Shown piece after piece: positions 26,150 to 36,651 of a stretch of DNA of 64,000 bases. A program made the position numbers and the translations under genes. A model generated the notes under the pieces. That model did not search any database and was not told where the DNA came from. It saw only the letters and a program-made list of their open reading frames with translations. Position 1 is the first letter of the stretch. Every line of letters starts with the position of its first letter. This DNA comes from Chloroflexota bacterium (lineage in GTDB: Bacteria; Chloroflexota; Anaerolineae; Aggregatilineales; Ch27), in the NCBI GenBank assembly GCA_019873685.1, contig JAIOAT010000003.1, forward strand, positions 80,543-144,542. Reading direction: 5' to 3'.

Positions 26150-27658
26150 CTAATCCTTCGCGGGCATGCCTGCGCTACGCTTGCTGCGTCCTGCAGCCGA
26201 CGAGCGCTTTTCCAGCCGGGCGCGGACTGCATCCAGACTTTCCCGGTCGGCCAGAGCGAGCACGGTATCCCCGCCCTGCAGGACGCTCGACCCGCGCGGG
26301 ATCACGAACTCGCCATGGCGACTGATCAGAACAAACAGAAACGTCTCCGGCAGATCGAGATCGACGATGCGCTGCCCGGCGCACGATGCATCAGGCGGGA
26401 TTTGCAGTTCAACCAGCTCATTCGTCGCGCCTTCCACCGGCACAGCCTCAAGCGGATACGCGGGCCGACTGGAGGGCGGCGCATCCACGCCCAGCAGGCG
26501 GGCGACAAACGGCAGGCTGGTCCCCTGCACCAGGGTCGAAGTCAGCACAATGAAAAACACCAGGTTGAAGATGGTACTTGACGCTGGCAGCCCGGCCAGT
26601 AACGGGAACGTCGCCAGGACAATCGGCGCCGCGCCGCGCAATCCCACCCAAGAAACAAACGCCTTCTCCCGCCAGTTCAGACCGGCCCCCGCCAGCACCA
26701 GGTATACACTCAACGGACGGGCCACCAGAATCAGCAGGACAGCGATCGCCAGCGCATTGAGGGCGATAGGTGGTAGCTCAGATGGGAAGACCAGCAGCCC
26801 CAGGGTCAGGAACATAAGAATCTGCATCAGCCAGGCCAGCCCATCGTGAAACTGTTTGAGGCTGCGGCGGTGAATAAAGGCGCTGTTGCCGCCGATGACG
26901 CCGGCCACATACACAGCCAGGAAACCGTTGCCGCCGATGGCCGCTGTCACCCCATAGGTCAGCAGGACGATGCCGATAGTCGTGACCGAATACAGGCCAT
27001 CGTACTCCAGCCGCAGCCGGTTAAGGACAGCCGGGAACCCGCGCCCGATGACGTAACCGAGCGCCAACCCGAGGCCCATCTGCCGGAGGAACATCGGCAC
27101 CAGGTCGATCACGGTCATGGTGGGAACCGTGATCAGGTTGATCATGCCCAGCGTCAGGAAGACTGCCATCGGATCGTTGCTACCCGACTCCAGTTCCAGC
27201 AACGGCTTGAGGCTACCCTTGAGGCCAACGCCTTTGCTCCGCAGCACGGCGAAGACCGCCGCCGCATCCGTCGAGGAGACAATTGCGCCCAGCAACACGC
27301 CTTCCTGCAGGGAAAAACCGACGATCCAGGTTGCCGCTGCGCCGACGATCAATGCCGTCAGCAGCACGCCCAGGGTGGCCAGCACCAGTCCCTGCCACCA
27401 CACCGGGCGGATATCCTCAATGTCGGTATCCAACCCACCGGCGAACAGGATGAAAGCCAGAGCGAGCACGCCCAGTAATTGCGCTGTCCATGGATCATCG
27501 TAATAGATGCCGCCCGGCCCCTCCGAGCCAGCCAGCATACCAACAGCGAGGAAGAATAGCAGCGCCGGCACGCCCAGCCGGCCCGAGATCTTGCTGGCGA
27601 GAATGCTCACCAGCAGCAGCGCAGCCAGATACAGCAGGATCGTCTCAATGGCAGGCAT
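26150..27658 (-). CDS. K+/H+ (CPA1, NhaP2-type) antiporter with C-terminal TrkA-C-like domain
   Basis: 502 aa: about 12-13 TM helices followed by a soluble ~90-aa C-terminus. GAGGAGG RBS. Confidence 0.8.
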   Translation of the reverse strand: MPAIETILLYLAALLLVSILASKISGRLGVPALLFFLAVGMLAGSEGPGGIYYDDPWTAQLLGVLALAFILFAGGLDTDIEDIRPVWWQGLVLATLGVLLTALIVGAAATWIVGFSLQEGVLLGAIVSSTDAAAVFAVLRSKGVGLKGSLKPLLELESGSNDPMAVFLTLGMINLITVPTMTVIDLVPMFLRQMGLGLALGYVIGRGFPAVLNRLRLEYDGLYSVTTIGIVLLTYGVTAAIGGNGFLAVYVAGVIGGNSAFIHRRSLKQFHDGLAWLMQILMFLTLGLLVFPSELPPIALNALAIAVLLILVARPLSVYLVLAGAGLNWREKAFVSWVGLRGAAPIVLATFPLLAGLPASSTIFNLVFFIVLTSTLVQGTSLPFVARLLGVDAPPSSRPAYPLEAVPVEGATNELVELQIPPDASCAGQRIVDLDLPETFLFVLISRHGEFVIPRGSSVLQGGDTVLALADRESLDAVRARLEKRSSAAGRSKRSAGMPAKD

Positions 27659-27812
27659 TACCCCGATGAAGCCTCCTCAGTGAATTACCCTTTTCAGAAA
27701 GGCCCGGCACGCCCTATACTTGGCGGAGTCCCGTCCGCGTCGGTAGATGACCGCGGATGGGGCTATGAACATCAGTTGCGGTTTCCGCTACCTTACCGCA
27801 AAGAGGCCCTGC

Positions 27813-28736
27813 ATGAAACAAATCGAATGGATTGTCATCCTGGGCGCTGGCGCGATGGGATCGGCGTTTGCCAGCGCCTTCTACGTGATGGACCCGGCCA
27901 GCGTGGCTTTTGCCGCCAGTGGGGCGCGTTACGAACGACTCAGAACTGACGGCGTCGTGGTCAACGGCCGCCATTACCCGATCCCGGTTCTGGCCCCCGA
28001 TGATCCCGGCTCACCCGCCGACCTGGTCATCGTCGCCCTCAAGCATCATCATCTCCCTGATGCCCTTGATGATCTTGGTAACCGGGTGGACGCAGAGACC
28101 CTGTTCCTCTCGATCATGAATGGGCTGGACAGTGAGACGATCATCGCCTCCCGCTACGGCCAGGACCGCGTGCTGTACGCCAACGCTGTCGGTATTGATG
28201 CCCGGCGGGACGGCAACGCAGTTCACTTCAGCAGGATCGGCACGCTGGTCTTTGGCGAAGCCAATAACGCGGTGCTTTCGGAGCGCGTCAGGCGTCTGCA
28301 AGCCCTCTTTGAGCGAGCCGCCATCCCCTACCAGACGCCGGTAGACATGATCAGGGCGATGTGGTGGAAGTTCATGATCAACGTTGGCATCAATCAGGCT
28401 TCGGCGGTTCTTGGCGCGCCCTACGGTGTCTTCCAGACGAACCCGGAAGCACAGGCGATCATGGAGGCAGCGATGCGTGAAGCGGTCGCCGTTGCACAGG
28501 CGGAGGGCGTCAATCTGTCCGAGCAGGACATCGCTGACTGGTACCCCATCCTGAACCAGCTCCACCCGGAGGGCAAGACGTCAATGCTGCAGGACATCGA
28601 AGCCGGGCGCAAGACTGAGGTGGAGGTCTTCGCCGGAAAGGTGTTGACACTGGGCCACCGCTATGGCATCTCGACGCCCGTCAACGAAGTCCTGTTGCAC
28701 GCCATCCACGTACTGGAGAGCCGCGCTGCTGGCTAG
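27813..28736 (+). CDS. panE: 2-dehydropantoate 2-reductase (ketopantoate reductase family)
   Basis: ATG 27813 with an AAGAGG RBS. Motifs: ILGAGAMGSAFA Rossmann and KTSMLQDIEAGRKTEVE. Confidence 0.8.
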   Translation: MKQIEWIVILGAGAMGSAFASAFYVMDPASVAFAASGARYERLRTDGVVVNGRHYPIPVLAPDDPGSPADLVIVALKHHHLPDALDDLGNRVDAETLFLSIMNGLDSETIIASRYGQDRVLYANAVGIDARRDGNAVHFSRIGTLVFGEANNAVLSERVRRLQALFERAAIPYQTPVDMIRAMWWKFMINVGINQASAVLGAPYGVFQTNPEAQAIMEAAMREAVAVAQAEGVNLSEQDIADWYPILNQLHPEGKTSMLQDIEAGRKTEVEVFAGKVLTLGHRYGISTPVNEVLLHAIHVLESRAAG

Positions 28737-28740
28737 AAAA

Positions 28741-28776
28741 CCGGCGGCCCGCCCATGGTTACGGACAGGCCGCCGG
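28741..28776. terminator. Hairpin between convergent genes
   Basis: 9-bp stem CCGGCGGCC/GGCCGCCGG. On the minus strand it is followed by UUUUC. Confidence 0.5.
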
Positions 28777-28798
28777 CGCAATCACCTGTTCGGGCTAC

Positions 28799-29881
28799 TC
28801 AGGCCTTCAGCCACAGATCAATCGGCTTCTGGACATCAGGCGGCTCGTAGGGCCAGGTGATCTTGCGCCCTTCGCCCGCCGACTGGTACGCCGCGTGGAT
28901 GATCTTCAGCACTTCCAGGCCGTCCTCACCGCGCTCGACCGGTTCCTCACGGCCCTTGATCACGTTGATGAAGTGCTGCATTTCCTGCGGGAAGCCGTAA
29001 TTCCACTCTTCCTCAAAACCGGTGAAAGTCCAGCCGACGGTAGTATCGGCCTTTTCCACCGCGTAACCGTAGCCCACCTTGCTATGCGTGATCAGGGCGT
29101 TGCCATGAATCAGGTCAGCCCGCGTGTTGCCTTTGGAGCCGTAGATTTCGCAGCGGTCGTCGATCCCGCCGGTCTTGGCCCAGCTATTCTCGGCGATGGC
29201 GATGGCATCGTTCTCGAATTCGATGATGCAAACCGCGTGATCCTCGCCCCGGGTACGGTCACGGTGGACGAACGTACCCAGTGTGGCGCTGACGCTGCGC
29301 ACCTGAGGCCGATCCAGAATCCAGCGGGCGAACTCGATCGAGTGACAGCCCATGTCCAGCAGCACGCCACCGCCAGACAGGTTGACATCCCAGAACCAGG
29401 GCGAATGTGGGCCGTCATGCTCCTCACTCTGTTTGACCAGGAACACTTTGCCCAGCGCGCCTTCCTCGACCAGCCGCTTGGCGCGGACATACTTGGGCGC
29501 AAAGCACAGCATCTCGCCATAGACCAGCTTGACACCGGCGTTCCTGACTGCCGCCAGCATATTGCGGGCTGCGCGCAGGGTCGTCGTGAACGGCTTTTCA
29601 CACATGATGTGCTTGCCCGCTTCCGCCGCAGCGATCACGACTTCCTCGTGCAGGTAGTTCGGCACGCCAACGGTCACCGCCTGGATATCATCCCGCGCCA
29701 GCAACTGGCGGTAATCCTCGTAAGCATACGGAATGCCCCGCTCATCAGCGAAGCGGCGGGCCTTGCCGGGCGTGCGCGACGCCACAGCGACGACCTCCGC
29801 CTCCGGCACCCGCTTGAGGCCATCGACGTGAATGTGGCCGATAAACCCGCTGCCGATCACGCCAACACGAACCTTCTCCAT
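28799..29881 (-). CDS. Gfo/Idh/MocA-family oxidoreductase
   Basis: 360 aa with VRVGVIGSGFIGHIHV Rossmann and CEKPF motifs. Confidence 0.85.
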   Translation of the reverse strand: MEKVRVGVIGSGFIGHIHVDGLKRVPEAEVVAVASRTPGKARRFADERGIPYAYEDYRQLLARDDIQAVTVGVPNYLHEEVVIAAAEAGKHIMCEKPFTTTLRAARNMLAAVRNAGVKLVYGEMLCFAPKYVRAKRLVEEGALGKVFLVKQSEEHDGPHSPWFWDVNLSGGGVLLDMGCHSIEFARWILDRPQVRSVSATLGTFVHRDRTRGEDHAVCIIEFENDAIAIAENSWAKTGGIDDRCEIYGSKGNTRADLIHGNALITHSKVGYGYAVEKADTTVGWTFTGFEEEWNYGFPQEMQHFINVIKGREEPVERGEDGLEVLKIIHAAYQSAGEGRKITWPYEPPDVQKPIDLWLKA

Positions 29882-29923
29882 GACCTCCTCCCCTCCTGAG
29901 CCAGACCCCGGCGCGCCGTCGCC

Positions 29924-31120
29924 TTAGGCGCTGACGATCTTCTGCACCACGCGCCCGCTTGTTTTCTCCTTGAGGATCAGCTTGACCTGGCCATCGGGCA
30001 TCACTTCCCGCTTGATCAGGAAATGCGCCTCGTCATAATCGGTCAGGCGAGCGCCCGCTTCCGCTTCCTCCGCCCCGCGCCAGTCCTCCAGAATCACCGG
30101 CTCCCACTGGCGGGACTGGACAGAACGATAGGCAGCATCCATGATGGCGTTGATCACGTAGCCATCATAGAAGGTCTCCATCGGGGCGACGCCCCTGTCC
30201 ATCGAATCGAACATGTCGGCGAACATGTCGGCGTAGCCCAGGGAGCCAACCTCATCCCCAACCGGGAAGAGCCAGCCGGTATCGCCCTCAGCTTTTTCCG
30301 CCACATAGCCGCGCTCGCCGACCGCGGTGAACATCTCAAAGCCGGTGCGCAGCCAGTGGTTGAGCCAGATCGTGCCTTCGGTGCCGGAGACTTCGTCGCG
30401 CAGGTCCATCCCGCCGCGAAACGTCCAGGCCACCTCAAACTGGCCAACCGCCCCGCTGGCATAGCGCACCAGGCCGACAGCGCTGTCCTCAGCGTCAATC
30501 GGATGCACCTGCGTATCGGCCCAGCACATCACCTCCAGCGGCTTGACATCCTTGCCGATGAAGTTGCGGGCGATGGCGATGCAATGGCAGCCCAGGTCGA
30601 CGATCGCCCCGCCACCGGATTGCGTTTTGTCCCAGAACCAGTCGCTATGCGGGCCGGGATGCGCCTCGCGGGAGCGCGCCCACAGGATTTTGCCCAGCGC
30701 GCCGCTCTTGACCGATTTGAGCGCCTTGAGTGTCTTGGGCGTGTAGGCCAGGTCCTCCAGGTAGCCGTGGAAGACGCCCGCCTTTTCCACCGCGTCCAGC
30801 ATCCGTTTGGCCTCGGCGGCGTTGCGTCCCAGCGGCTTGGTGCAGAGCACCGCCTTGCCGGCTTCCGCCGCCAGGAGGACGGCCTGCTCATGCAGGTTGT
30901 TGGGCAGCCCGATGACCACGACATCGGTCTCCGGGTCGCGGATGGCCGCCGCCATGTCGGTCGTCCAGCGCGGGATGCCCCATTCCTGGGCGAACTGCCG
31001 GGCGCGTTCTTCCTTACGGGAATAGACCACCGCCACCCGGTCCTGCCCGCGCCGGCCATGCAGGGTCATTGTGTAGAACATCCCGATCAGGCCGGTGCCC
31101 AGCATCGTGATCTTATGCAT
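29924..31120 (-). CDS. Gfo/Idh/MocA-family oxidoreductase
   Basis: 398 aa with [10 protein letters not shown] Rossmann and CTKPL motifs. It starts the same transcription unit direction as the ABC genes. Confidence 0.8.
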   Translation of the reverse strand: MHKITMLGTGLIGMFYTMTLHGRRGQDRVAVVYSRKEERARQFAQEWGIPRWTTDMAAAIRDPETDVVVIGLPNNLHEQAVLLAAEAGKAVLCTKPLGRNAAEAKRMLDAVEKAGVFHGYLEDLAYTPKTLKALKSVKSGALGKILWARSREAHPGPHSDWFWDKTQSGGGAIVDLGCHCIAIARNFIGKDVKPLEVMCWADTQVHPIDAEDSAVGLVRYASGAVGQFEVAWTFRGGMDLRDEVSGTEGTIWLNHWLRTGFEMFTAVGERGYVAEKAEGDTGWLFPVGDEVGSLGYADMFADMFDSMDRGVAPMETFYDGYVINAIMDAAYRSVQSRQWEPVILEDWRGAEEAEAGARLTDYDEAHFLIKREVMPDGQVKLILKEKTSGRVVQKIVSA

Positions 31121-31155
31121 CAGACTCTACTCCTCCCCAGATACGCAGACTGCGC

Positions 31156-32130
31156 TCACTGCCGGACGCTCCGCTGGCGGCCGTAGATGGAGATCAGCAC
31201 CACCAGCGTGATCCCCAGCGTCATCAACTTGTAGGCTTCCTGAAGCTGCAACGCCCGCAGCAGACTCTCGATCAGGGTCAGGACAAGCGCGCCGGACATC
31301 GTGCCCCAGTAGCTGCCCTTGCCGCCGGAAAGCACTGTCCCGCCGACCACGACCGCAGCGATTGCCGGAAACTGGTACGGCCCGCCCAGGTTAAGGAAGA
31401 CCGTCTGGGTAAAGCCCAGCAGCACAAACCCGCCAAAGGCCGCCAGCACACCGCTGAGCGTATACGTGAGGATGACAATGAACGGCACGCGCACACCGGA
31501 TAGCCGGGCTGCCGTACGGTTGACGCCGATCGCAAACAGTTGCTTGCCGTAAGTCGTGCGTTCCAGGAGCAGCCACATGCCCAGCCCGACCAGCACCCAC
31601 AGGATCACCACGCCTGGGATGCCCAGGATCAGCGGCTCGGCGATCAGACGGCCCAGCAACGGCGGCATGTTGCCGATCAGTTCGCCCTGCGTCAGCACCA
31701 GGATCGTGCCCTGCACCACACCGGTCATGCCCAGCGTCATCACCAGCGGCGGCACCTGCAGCACGATGATTCCCACACCATTCAGGAAACCGATCACCGC
31801 ACCGACTGCCAGCACCACCAGCAGCGCCGGCAGGATCATGTCGTTCTGGCCGCTGCTCAGGCGGAAGGTCAGGATGGCTCCCAGCGTTACCACCGCCCCG
31901 GCGGAAAGATCAATGCCCTCACCGCCGCTGATGATCACCAGCGTCTGCCCGGCGGCGATAATGCCCAGAAACGAAGCCAGACGGACGATGTTCACAGCCT
32001 GGGCCACATTGAGGAAATTGGGGTTGATCAGACCGCCAGCCAGAAACAGCAGGATAGAGAGCAACAGCGCCACCACTGGCGGGCTGATCTGCGCCGATTG
32101 CTGTCGAAGGGATTGTATGGCCTCAATCAT
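31156..32130 (-). CDS. Sugar ABC transporter permease (CUT2)
   Basis: 324 aa, polytopic. The start overlaps the stop of the upstream permease by 4 nt. Confidence 0.85.
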   Translation of the reverse strand: MIEAIQSLRQQSAQISPPVVALLLSILLFLAGGLINPNFLNVAQAVNIVRLASFLGIIAAGQTLVIISGGEGIDLSAGAVVTLGAILTFRLSSGQNDMILPALLVVLAVGAVIGFLNGVGIIVLQVPPLVMTLGMTGVVQGTILVLTQGELIGNMPPLLGRLIAEPLILGIPGVVILWVLVGLGMWLLLERTTYGKQLFAIGVNRTAARLSGVRVPFIVILTYTLSGVLAAFGGFVLLGFTQTVFLNLGGPYQFPAIAAVVVGGTVLSGGKGSYWGTMSGALVLTLIESLLRALQLQEAYKLMTLGITLVVLISIYGRQRSVRQ

Positions 32131-33092
32131 GCCGTCCGCCTCCGCAGGAACCGCACCAGCCCCGGGCCGGCCAGCGCAGCAATGATGATCAGCGCGTCCA
32201 CCAGCGTCTGGGACCAGGTCGGGACGTTGGCAAAGGAGATGATGTTACGGATCACGCCCAGGATCAGCACACCGAGCACCGATCCGATCACCCCACCCTG
32301 ACCGCCACTCAGGCGCGTCCCGCCCAGCACCACGGCCACGATCGAGTCCAGCGTCATCGCGTCGCCGATGCGCGGATTACCCGTGCCCAGGTTCATCGTC
32401 AGCGCCAGCGCCGAGAGCGCCGCGGCCAGCCCCGCCCAGACATACGTGCTGAAGCGCACGAAGTTCACCGGCACGCCGGTCGCATAGGCGGCGTCAGCTT
32501 TGCCGCCTGTGGCAAAGAGATACTGCCCATAGCGTGTCGAACGCAGCACCAGCCAGATCAGGATGGCCAGGACGATGAAGTACAGCGCCAGCGGGATATC
32601 CAGCGGCGCGCCCCGGTAGGAGCGCAGGAATTCGCGCGGCAGGTTGCCGCCGGGCCGGGGCAGGATCAGCAGCGCAATGCCCGCATACACGAAGCTGGTG
32701 GCGTAGGTCGTCACAATCGGCTGCAGCCGCAGGTAGGCCACACACAGGCCATTGAACACCCCGGCAGCCAACCCCGCCCCTACCGCCGCCAGGATGCCGA
32801 TAAGGATTTCCGTTGGCCCCGATTCCGGCAGGATCAGCGTGACCAGAATGGCGTTGGCCATGGAGACGATTGCCCCGACGGAAAGGTCAATCCCGCCGCC
32901 AATGATGACGATGGTCTGCCCGACTGTCAGGATGATCAGGGGCAGGAAGTTGCGCAGGTTGCTGTTAAGCACCCGCAGTTCAAACAGGTTAGGCTGCAGG
33001 TAGAAGTTGATCCCTACCGCAATCAGGAGCAGCAGCAGGGCCAGCAGGTAGGAGTGTCGCAGGGCGATACGCCGCAGCGCTACGCTATTCAT
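32127..33092 (-). CDS. Sugar ABC transporter permease (CUT2)
   Basis: The track ORF extends to 33188. ATG 33092 overlaps the ATPase stop (33085) by 8 nt and gives MNSVALRRIALRH plus a polytopic body. Confidence 0.8.
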   Translation of the reverse strand: MNSVALRRIALRHSYLLALLLLLIAVGINFYLQPNLFELRVLNSNLRNFLPLIILTVGQTIVIIGGGIDLSVGAIVSMANAILVTLILPESGPTEILIGILAAVGAGLAAGVFNGLCVAYLRLQPIVTTYATSFVYAGIALLILPRPGGNLPREFLRSYRGAPLDIPLALYFIVLAILIWLVLRSTRYGQYLFATGGKADAAYATGVPVNFVRFSTYVWAGLAAALSALALTMNLGTGNPRIGDAMTLDSIVAVVLGGTRLSGGQGGVIGSVLGVLILGVIRNIISFANVPTWSQTLVDALIIIAALAGPGLVRFLRRRTA

Positions 33093-34602
33093 AGCCGTTA
33101 CTCGCATTGGTTGTGCCCATGCTGGCCGAGACCAGGTTGGCGTGGTTGAGCGTTTCGCCCGCCAGTTCCGCCCGGATCCGCCCATCATGCAGCACCAGGA
33201 CGCGGTTGCACAGGCTCAGCAGTTCTTCGTCATCGCTGCTATAGAACAGGATCGCAGTCCCGGCGGCGCGGAGCCTGTTCAACAGCGCATAGAACTCGAC
33301 TTTCGTCCTGACATCAACACCCTTGGTCGGGTCGTTGAGGAGCAGCACGCGCGGGTTGCGCAGCAGCCACTTGCCCAGCACCACCTTCTGGGCGTTGCCG
33401 CCGCTCAGGCTACTCACCGGCGCGTCCAGGGATTCCATCACCAGGCTCAATTCCTGCGCCACCTGGCCGGCGTCTGCACGCGCCCGAACCATGTTCAGCG
33501 GAAAACCGTACTTGCGCCAGGAAGGCAGCTGCAAGTTCTCCAGGATGGAGCGGATCAGCAGCACGCCTTCAGTGGCCCGGTCGCCCGGCACAAATGCCAG
33601 GCCACGCTGCATAGCCTGCTGCGGGTGGGAGAAATGGGCCGGCTGGCCGGAAAGCAGCACCTGCCCCCCGCAGGGAATCGCCCCGAACAGCGCCAGCAGC
33701 AGGTCGGATTGCCCCTGTCCCTGCAGACCGCCCAGGCCCAGCAGTTCGCCATCATGCAGGTCAAAACTGATGCCCTTCAGCAGATCGGTGTGCAGGTTCC
33801 TGACCTGCAACCGGACCGGCGCATCAGGCGCCAGCTGCCCGCCCTGTACCGAATCCGGCGCGACCATGCCCTCGATCATCAGTTCGACGAGTTCCTGCTC
33901 GGTCGTCTCACTGATCACCCGGTCGCCTACACTGGCCCCATTGCGGAGGACGGTCGCCCGGTCGGCTACGCGGAAGATCTCGTCCATGCGGTGAGAGACA
34001 AAAACGATGGCCATCCCCTGCCGCTTCCATTCCGCGATCAGTTCGAACAGGCGGGCGACCTGGCGGCTATCGAGGCTGGCCGTGGCCTCATCCAGGATCA
34101 TCAGGCGTGGCTGCAGGCTGAGCGCCTTGAGAATCTCCACCACCTGGCGCTCATCCGGCGGCAGGCTGTTGACCAGCGCGTCCGGATGCAGCGAAGATTG
34201 GACCGTGCCCGCAAACAGGGCGATCAGGTCCTGTGTGCGGGCACGCATCTCACGATGGTCGACGGCTATTCCCCACCGGCGTGGTTCATGAGCCAGCCAG
34301 ATGTTCTCGGCCACAGTCATGTCCGGGATCAGGCTCAGCTCCTGGTAGACGGCGGTGATGCCGACACTCTTGGCAGCCTGTGGGGAAGAGAACGTGACCG
34401 CCCGGCCATCCAGGTGTAACCGCCCCTCATTGGGAGCGATTACACCTGTGATGACCTTGCTCAGGGTGCTTTTGCCACTTCCATTGGCGCCGAGCAGCGC
34501 AACGACTTCCCCCGACTGCACGTCCAGGTTACCGTCCGAGAGCGCTACGACGCCCCCGTACCGTTTGGTGACGTTCCGGGCTGAAAGTGACACCGTGTTC
34601 AT
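33085..34602 (-). CDS. Sugar ABC transporter ATP-binding protein, fused double NBD (RbsA/MglA-like)
   Basis: 505 aa. Walker A GANGSGKST, Walker B LMILDEAT, and a second signature LSGGNAQK. Confidence 0.9.
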   Translation of the reverse strand: MNTVSLSARNVTKRYGGVVALSDGNLDVQSGEVVALLGANGSGKSTLSKVITGVIAPNEGRLHLDGRAVTFSSPQAAKSVGITAVYQELSLIPDMTVAENIWLAHEPRRWGIAVDHREMRARTQDLIALFAGTVQSSLHPDALVNSLPPDERQVVEILKALSLQPRLMILDEATASLDSRQVARLFELIAEWKRQGMAIVFVSHRMDEIFRVADRATVLRNGASVGDRVISETTEQELVELMIEGMVAPDSVQGGQLAPDAPVRLQVRNLHTDLLKGISFDLHDGELLGLGGLQGQGQSDLLLALFGAIPCGGQVLLSGQPAHFSHPQQAMQRGLAFVPGDRATEGVLLIRSILENLQLPSWRKYGFPLNMVRARADAGQVAQELSLVMESLDAPVSSLSGGNAQKVVLGKWLLRNPRVLLLNDPTKGVDVRTKVEFYALLNRLRAAGTAILFYSSDDEELLSLCNRVLVLHDGRIRAELAGETLNHANLVSASMGTTNASNGYE

Positions 34603-34608
34603 CGTCGG

Positions 34609-36585
34609 TTATTCCATGAAGCCTGCGGCCTGCATCTGGGTGATGAACCCGTCGAGCGTGTAGGACTCCGGCAGGTCCTTCACCAGTTCGTACTGTTCCT
34701 CAAAGTTGAACTCGTCGACCACATACGGAATCGGCACGTAGAAGGTGTTGCCGAACGGGCCGGAGAGCTTGGACACATCAGGCGTACCGCCGATCAGGAT
34801 TTCAACGGCGACGCGGATGCCGTCAGCGCCCACGCCCGGCGGATTGACCACGCCGAACGACGTGAACTCCGGACGCTCCTGCTTCACCTCATGCCACAGC
34901 TGCAGGTAACCCGCACGCGCCTCACCCACCATCACCGGCCACTTCGCCGGGTTCGCCGTCCGTACCGCCGTCAGCGCCCCCTGCGCCATCCCATCTTGCG
35001 TCCAGACCCCGTCGATGTTCGGCAGCGACGCCAGGAAGTCGCTCATCACCTGCTGGCCCGTCGCCTGATCCCACATCCCCGTGTCGCGCCCGACAATGTT
35101 GATGCCCGGATAGTTGGCGAAGACTTCCATCACGCCTTCCATCCGCGCTTCATTCGCCGGGTGCCCCACAAAGCCTTCGATCAGCACCACGTCACCCTGG
35201 CCGCCCAGCTGCTCCGCCAGCCACCGCGCGCTGATCTTCGCCCATTCCTTCTGGTCGATCACCACGTTGTACACGCCCTGCGCGCTGATCTCCTGGTCCA
35301 CCGCGATGACCACAATCCCCTCCGCCACCGCGTCCTCCAGCACCAGGTTCAGCGCCGATTGGTCGTTCGGGTTGACGATGATCGCGTCCACCCCGCGGTT
35401 GATCAGGTTCTGAATCTGTTGCACCTGACCCTGTACGTCAACATCCGCGCTCTCGATCACCAGCTCGATCTGTAGGCCCTTTTCAGCGAACTCAGCGACC
35501 ACGTTTTCCATGTTCTGGATCATCTGGGTACGCCACTCGCTGCCGACAAAGCCGTTGGAGACGCCGATGGTGAACGGCCCGAACGCCGACCAGTCACGCA
35601 CCATAAAGCTCTTGGCCTGAGCCTGGCTGATGAACCCGTCGAGCGTGTAGGACTCCGGCAGGTCCTTCACCAGTTCATATTGCTCGGCGAAGTTGCTTTC
35701 GTCGACCACGTACGGGATCGGGACATAGAGCGTGTTGCCGAAGGGGCCGGAGAGCTGGCTCTCGTCTACCTGGCCGCCCTGCAGGATTTCGACGGCGACG
35801 CGGATGCCATCAGCGCCCACGCCCGGCGGGTTGACCACGCCGAATGACGTGAACTCCGGACGCTCCTGCTTCACCTCATGCCACAGCTGCAGGTAACCCG
35901 CACGCGCCTCACCCACCATCACCGGCCACTTCGCCGGGTTCGCCGTCCGTACCGCCGTCAGCGCCCCCTGCGCCATCCCATCTTGCGTCCAGACCCCGTC
36001 GATGTTCGGCAGCGACGCCAGGAAGTCGCTCATCACCTGCTGGCCCGTCGCCTGATCCCACATCCCCGTGTCGCGCCCGACAATGTTGATGCCCGGATAG
36101 TTGGCGAAGACTTCCATCACGCCTTCCATCCGCGCTTCATTCGCCGGGTGCCCCACAAAGCCTTCGATCAGCACCACGTCACCCTGGCCGCCCAGCTGCT
36201 CCGCCAGCCACCGCGCGCTGATCTTCGCCCATTCCTTCTGGTCGATCACCACGTTGTACACGCCCTGCGCGCTGATCTCCTGGTCCACCGCGATGACCAC
36301 AATCCCCTCCGCCACCGCGTCCTCCAGCACCAGGTTCAGCGCCGATTGGTCGTTCGGGTTGACGATGATCGCGTCCACCCCGCGGTTGATCAGGTTCTGA
36401 ATCTGTTGCACCTGACCCTGTACGTCAACATCCGCGCTCTCGATCACCAGCTCGATGTTGACACCCTTTTCAGCGAATTCGGCGACCACGTTTTCCATGT
36501 TCTGGATCATCTGGGTGCGCCACTCGCTGCCGACAAAGCCGTTGGAGACGCCGATGACGAATGAATCGCCCTGCGCCCTAGCGGC
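34609..36585 (-). repeat. 987-bp head-to-tail tandem duplication inside the SBP gene
   Basis: 34859..35469 is base-for-base identical to 35846..36456 (611 bp, offset 987). The flanking repeat portions carry scattered substitutions. Antisense track ORFs 34891.. and 35878.. give identical peptides. Confidence 0.9.
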
Positions 36586-36651
36586 CCCGGAACCGACCAG
36601 CGCCACGATCAGCGCCAGCACCGGCAAGACGAATAACCACTTGCTTTTCAT
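34609..36651 (-). CDS. Tandem double substrate-binding protein (two complete type-I PBP modules in one secreted polypeptide)
   Basis: The track ORF extends to 36777. ATG 36651 has a GAGGAG RBS and gives the signal peptide MKSKWLFVLPVLALIVALVGSGAARAQG. Two ~329-aa modules each start IGVSNGFVGSEWRTQMIQNMENVVAEFAEKG. Confidence 0.85.
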   Translation of the reverse strand: MKSKWLFVLPVLALIVALVGSGAARAQGDSFVIGVSNGFVGSEWRTQMIQNMENVVAEFAEKGVNIELVIESADVDVQGQVQQIQNLINRGVDAIIVNPNDQSALNLVLEDAVAEGIVVIAVDQEISAQGVYNVVIDQKEWAKISARWLAEQLGGQGDVVLIEGFVGHPANEARMEGVMEVFANYPGINIVGRDTGMWDQATGQQVMSDFLASLPNIDGVWTQDGMAQGALTAVRTANPAKWPVMVGEARAGYLQLWHEVKQERPEFTSFGVVNPPGVGADGIRVAVEILQGGQVDESQLSGPFGNTLYVPIPYVVDESNFAEQYELVKDLPESYTLDGFISQAQAKSFMVRDWSAFGPFTIGVSNGFVGSEWRTQMIQNMENVVAEFAEKGLQIELVIESADVDVQGQVQQIQNLINRGVDAIIVNPNDQSALNLVLEDAVAEGIVVIAVDQEISAQGVYNVVIDQKEWAKISARWLAEQLGGQGDVVLIEGFVGHPANEARMEGVMEVFANYPGINIVGRDTGMWDQATGQQVMSDFLASLPNIDGVWTQDGMAQGALTAVRTANPAKWPVMVGEARAGYLQLWHEVKQERPEFTSFGVVNPPGVGADGIRVAVEILIGGTPDVSKLSGPFGNTFYVPIPYVVDEFNFEEQYELVKDLPESYTLDGFITQMQAAGFME

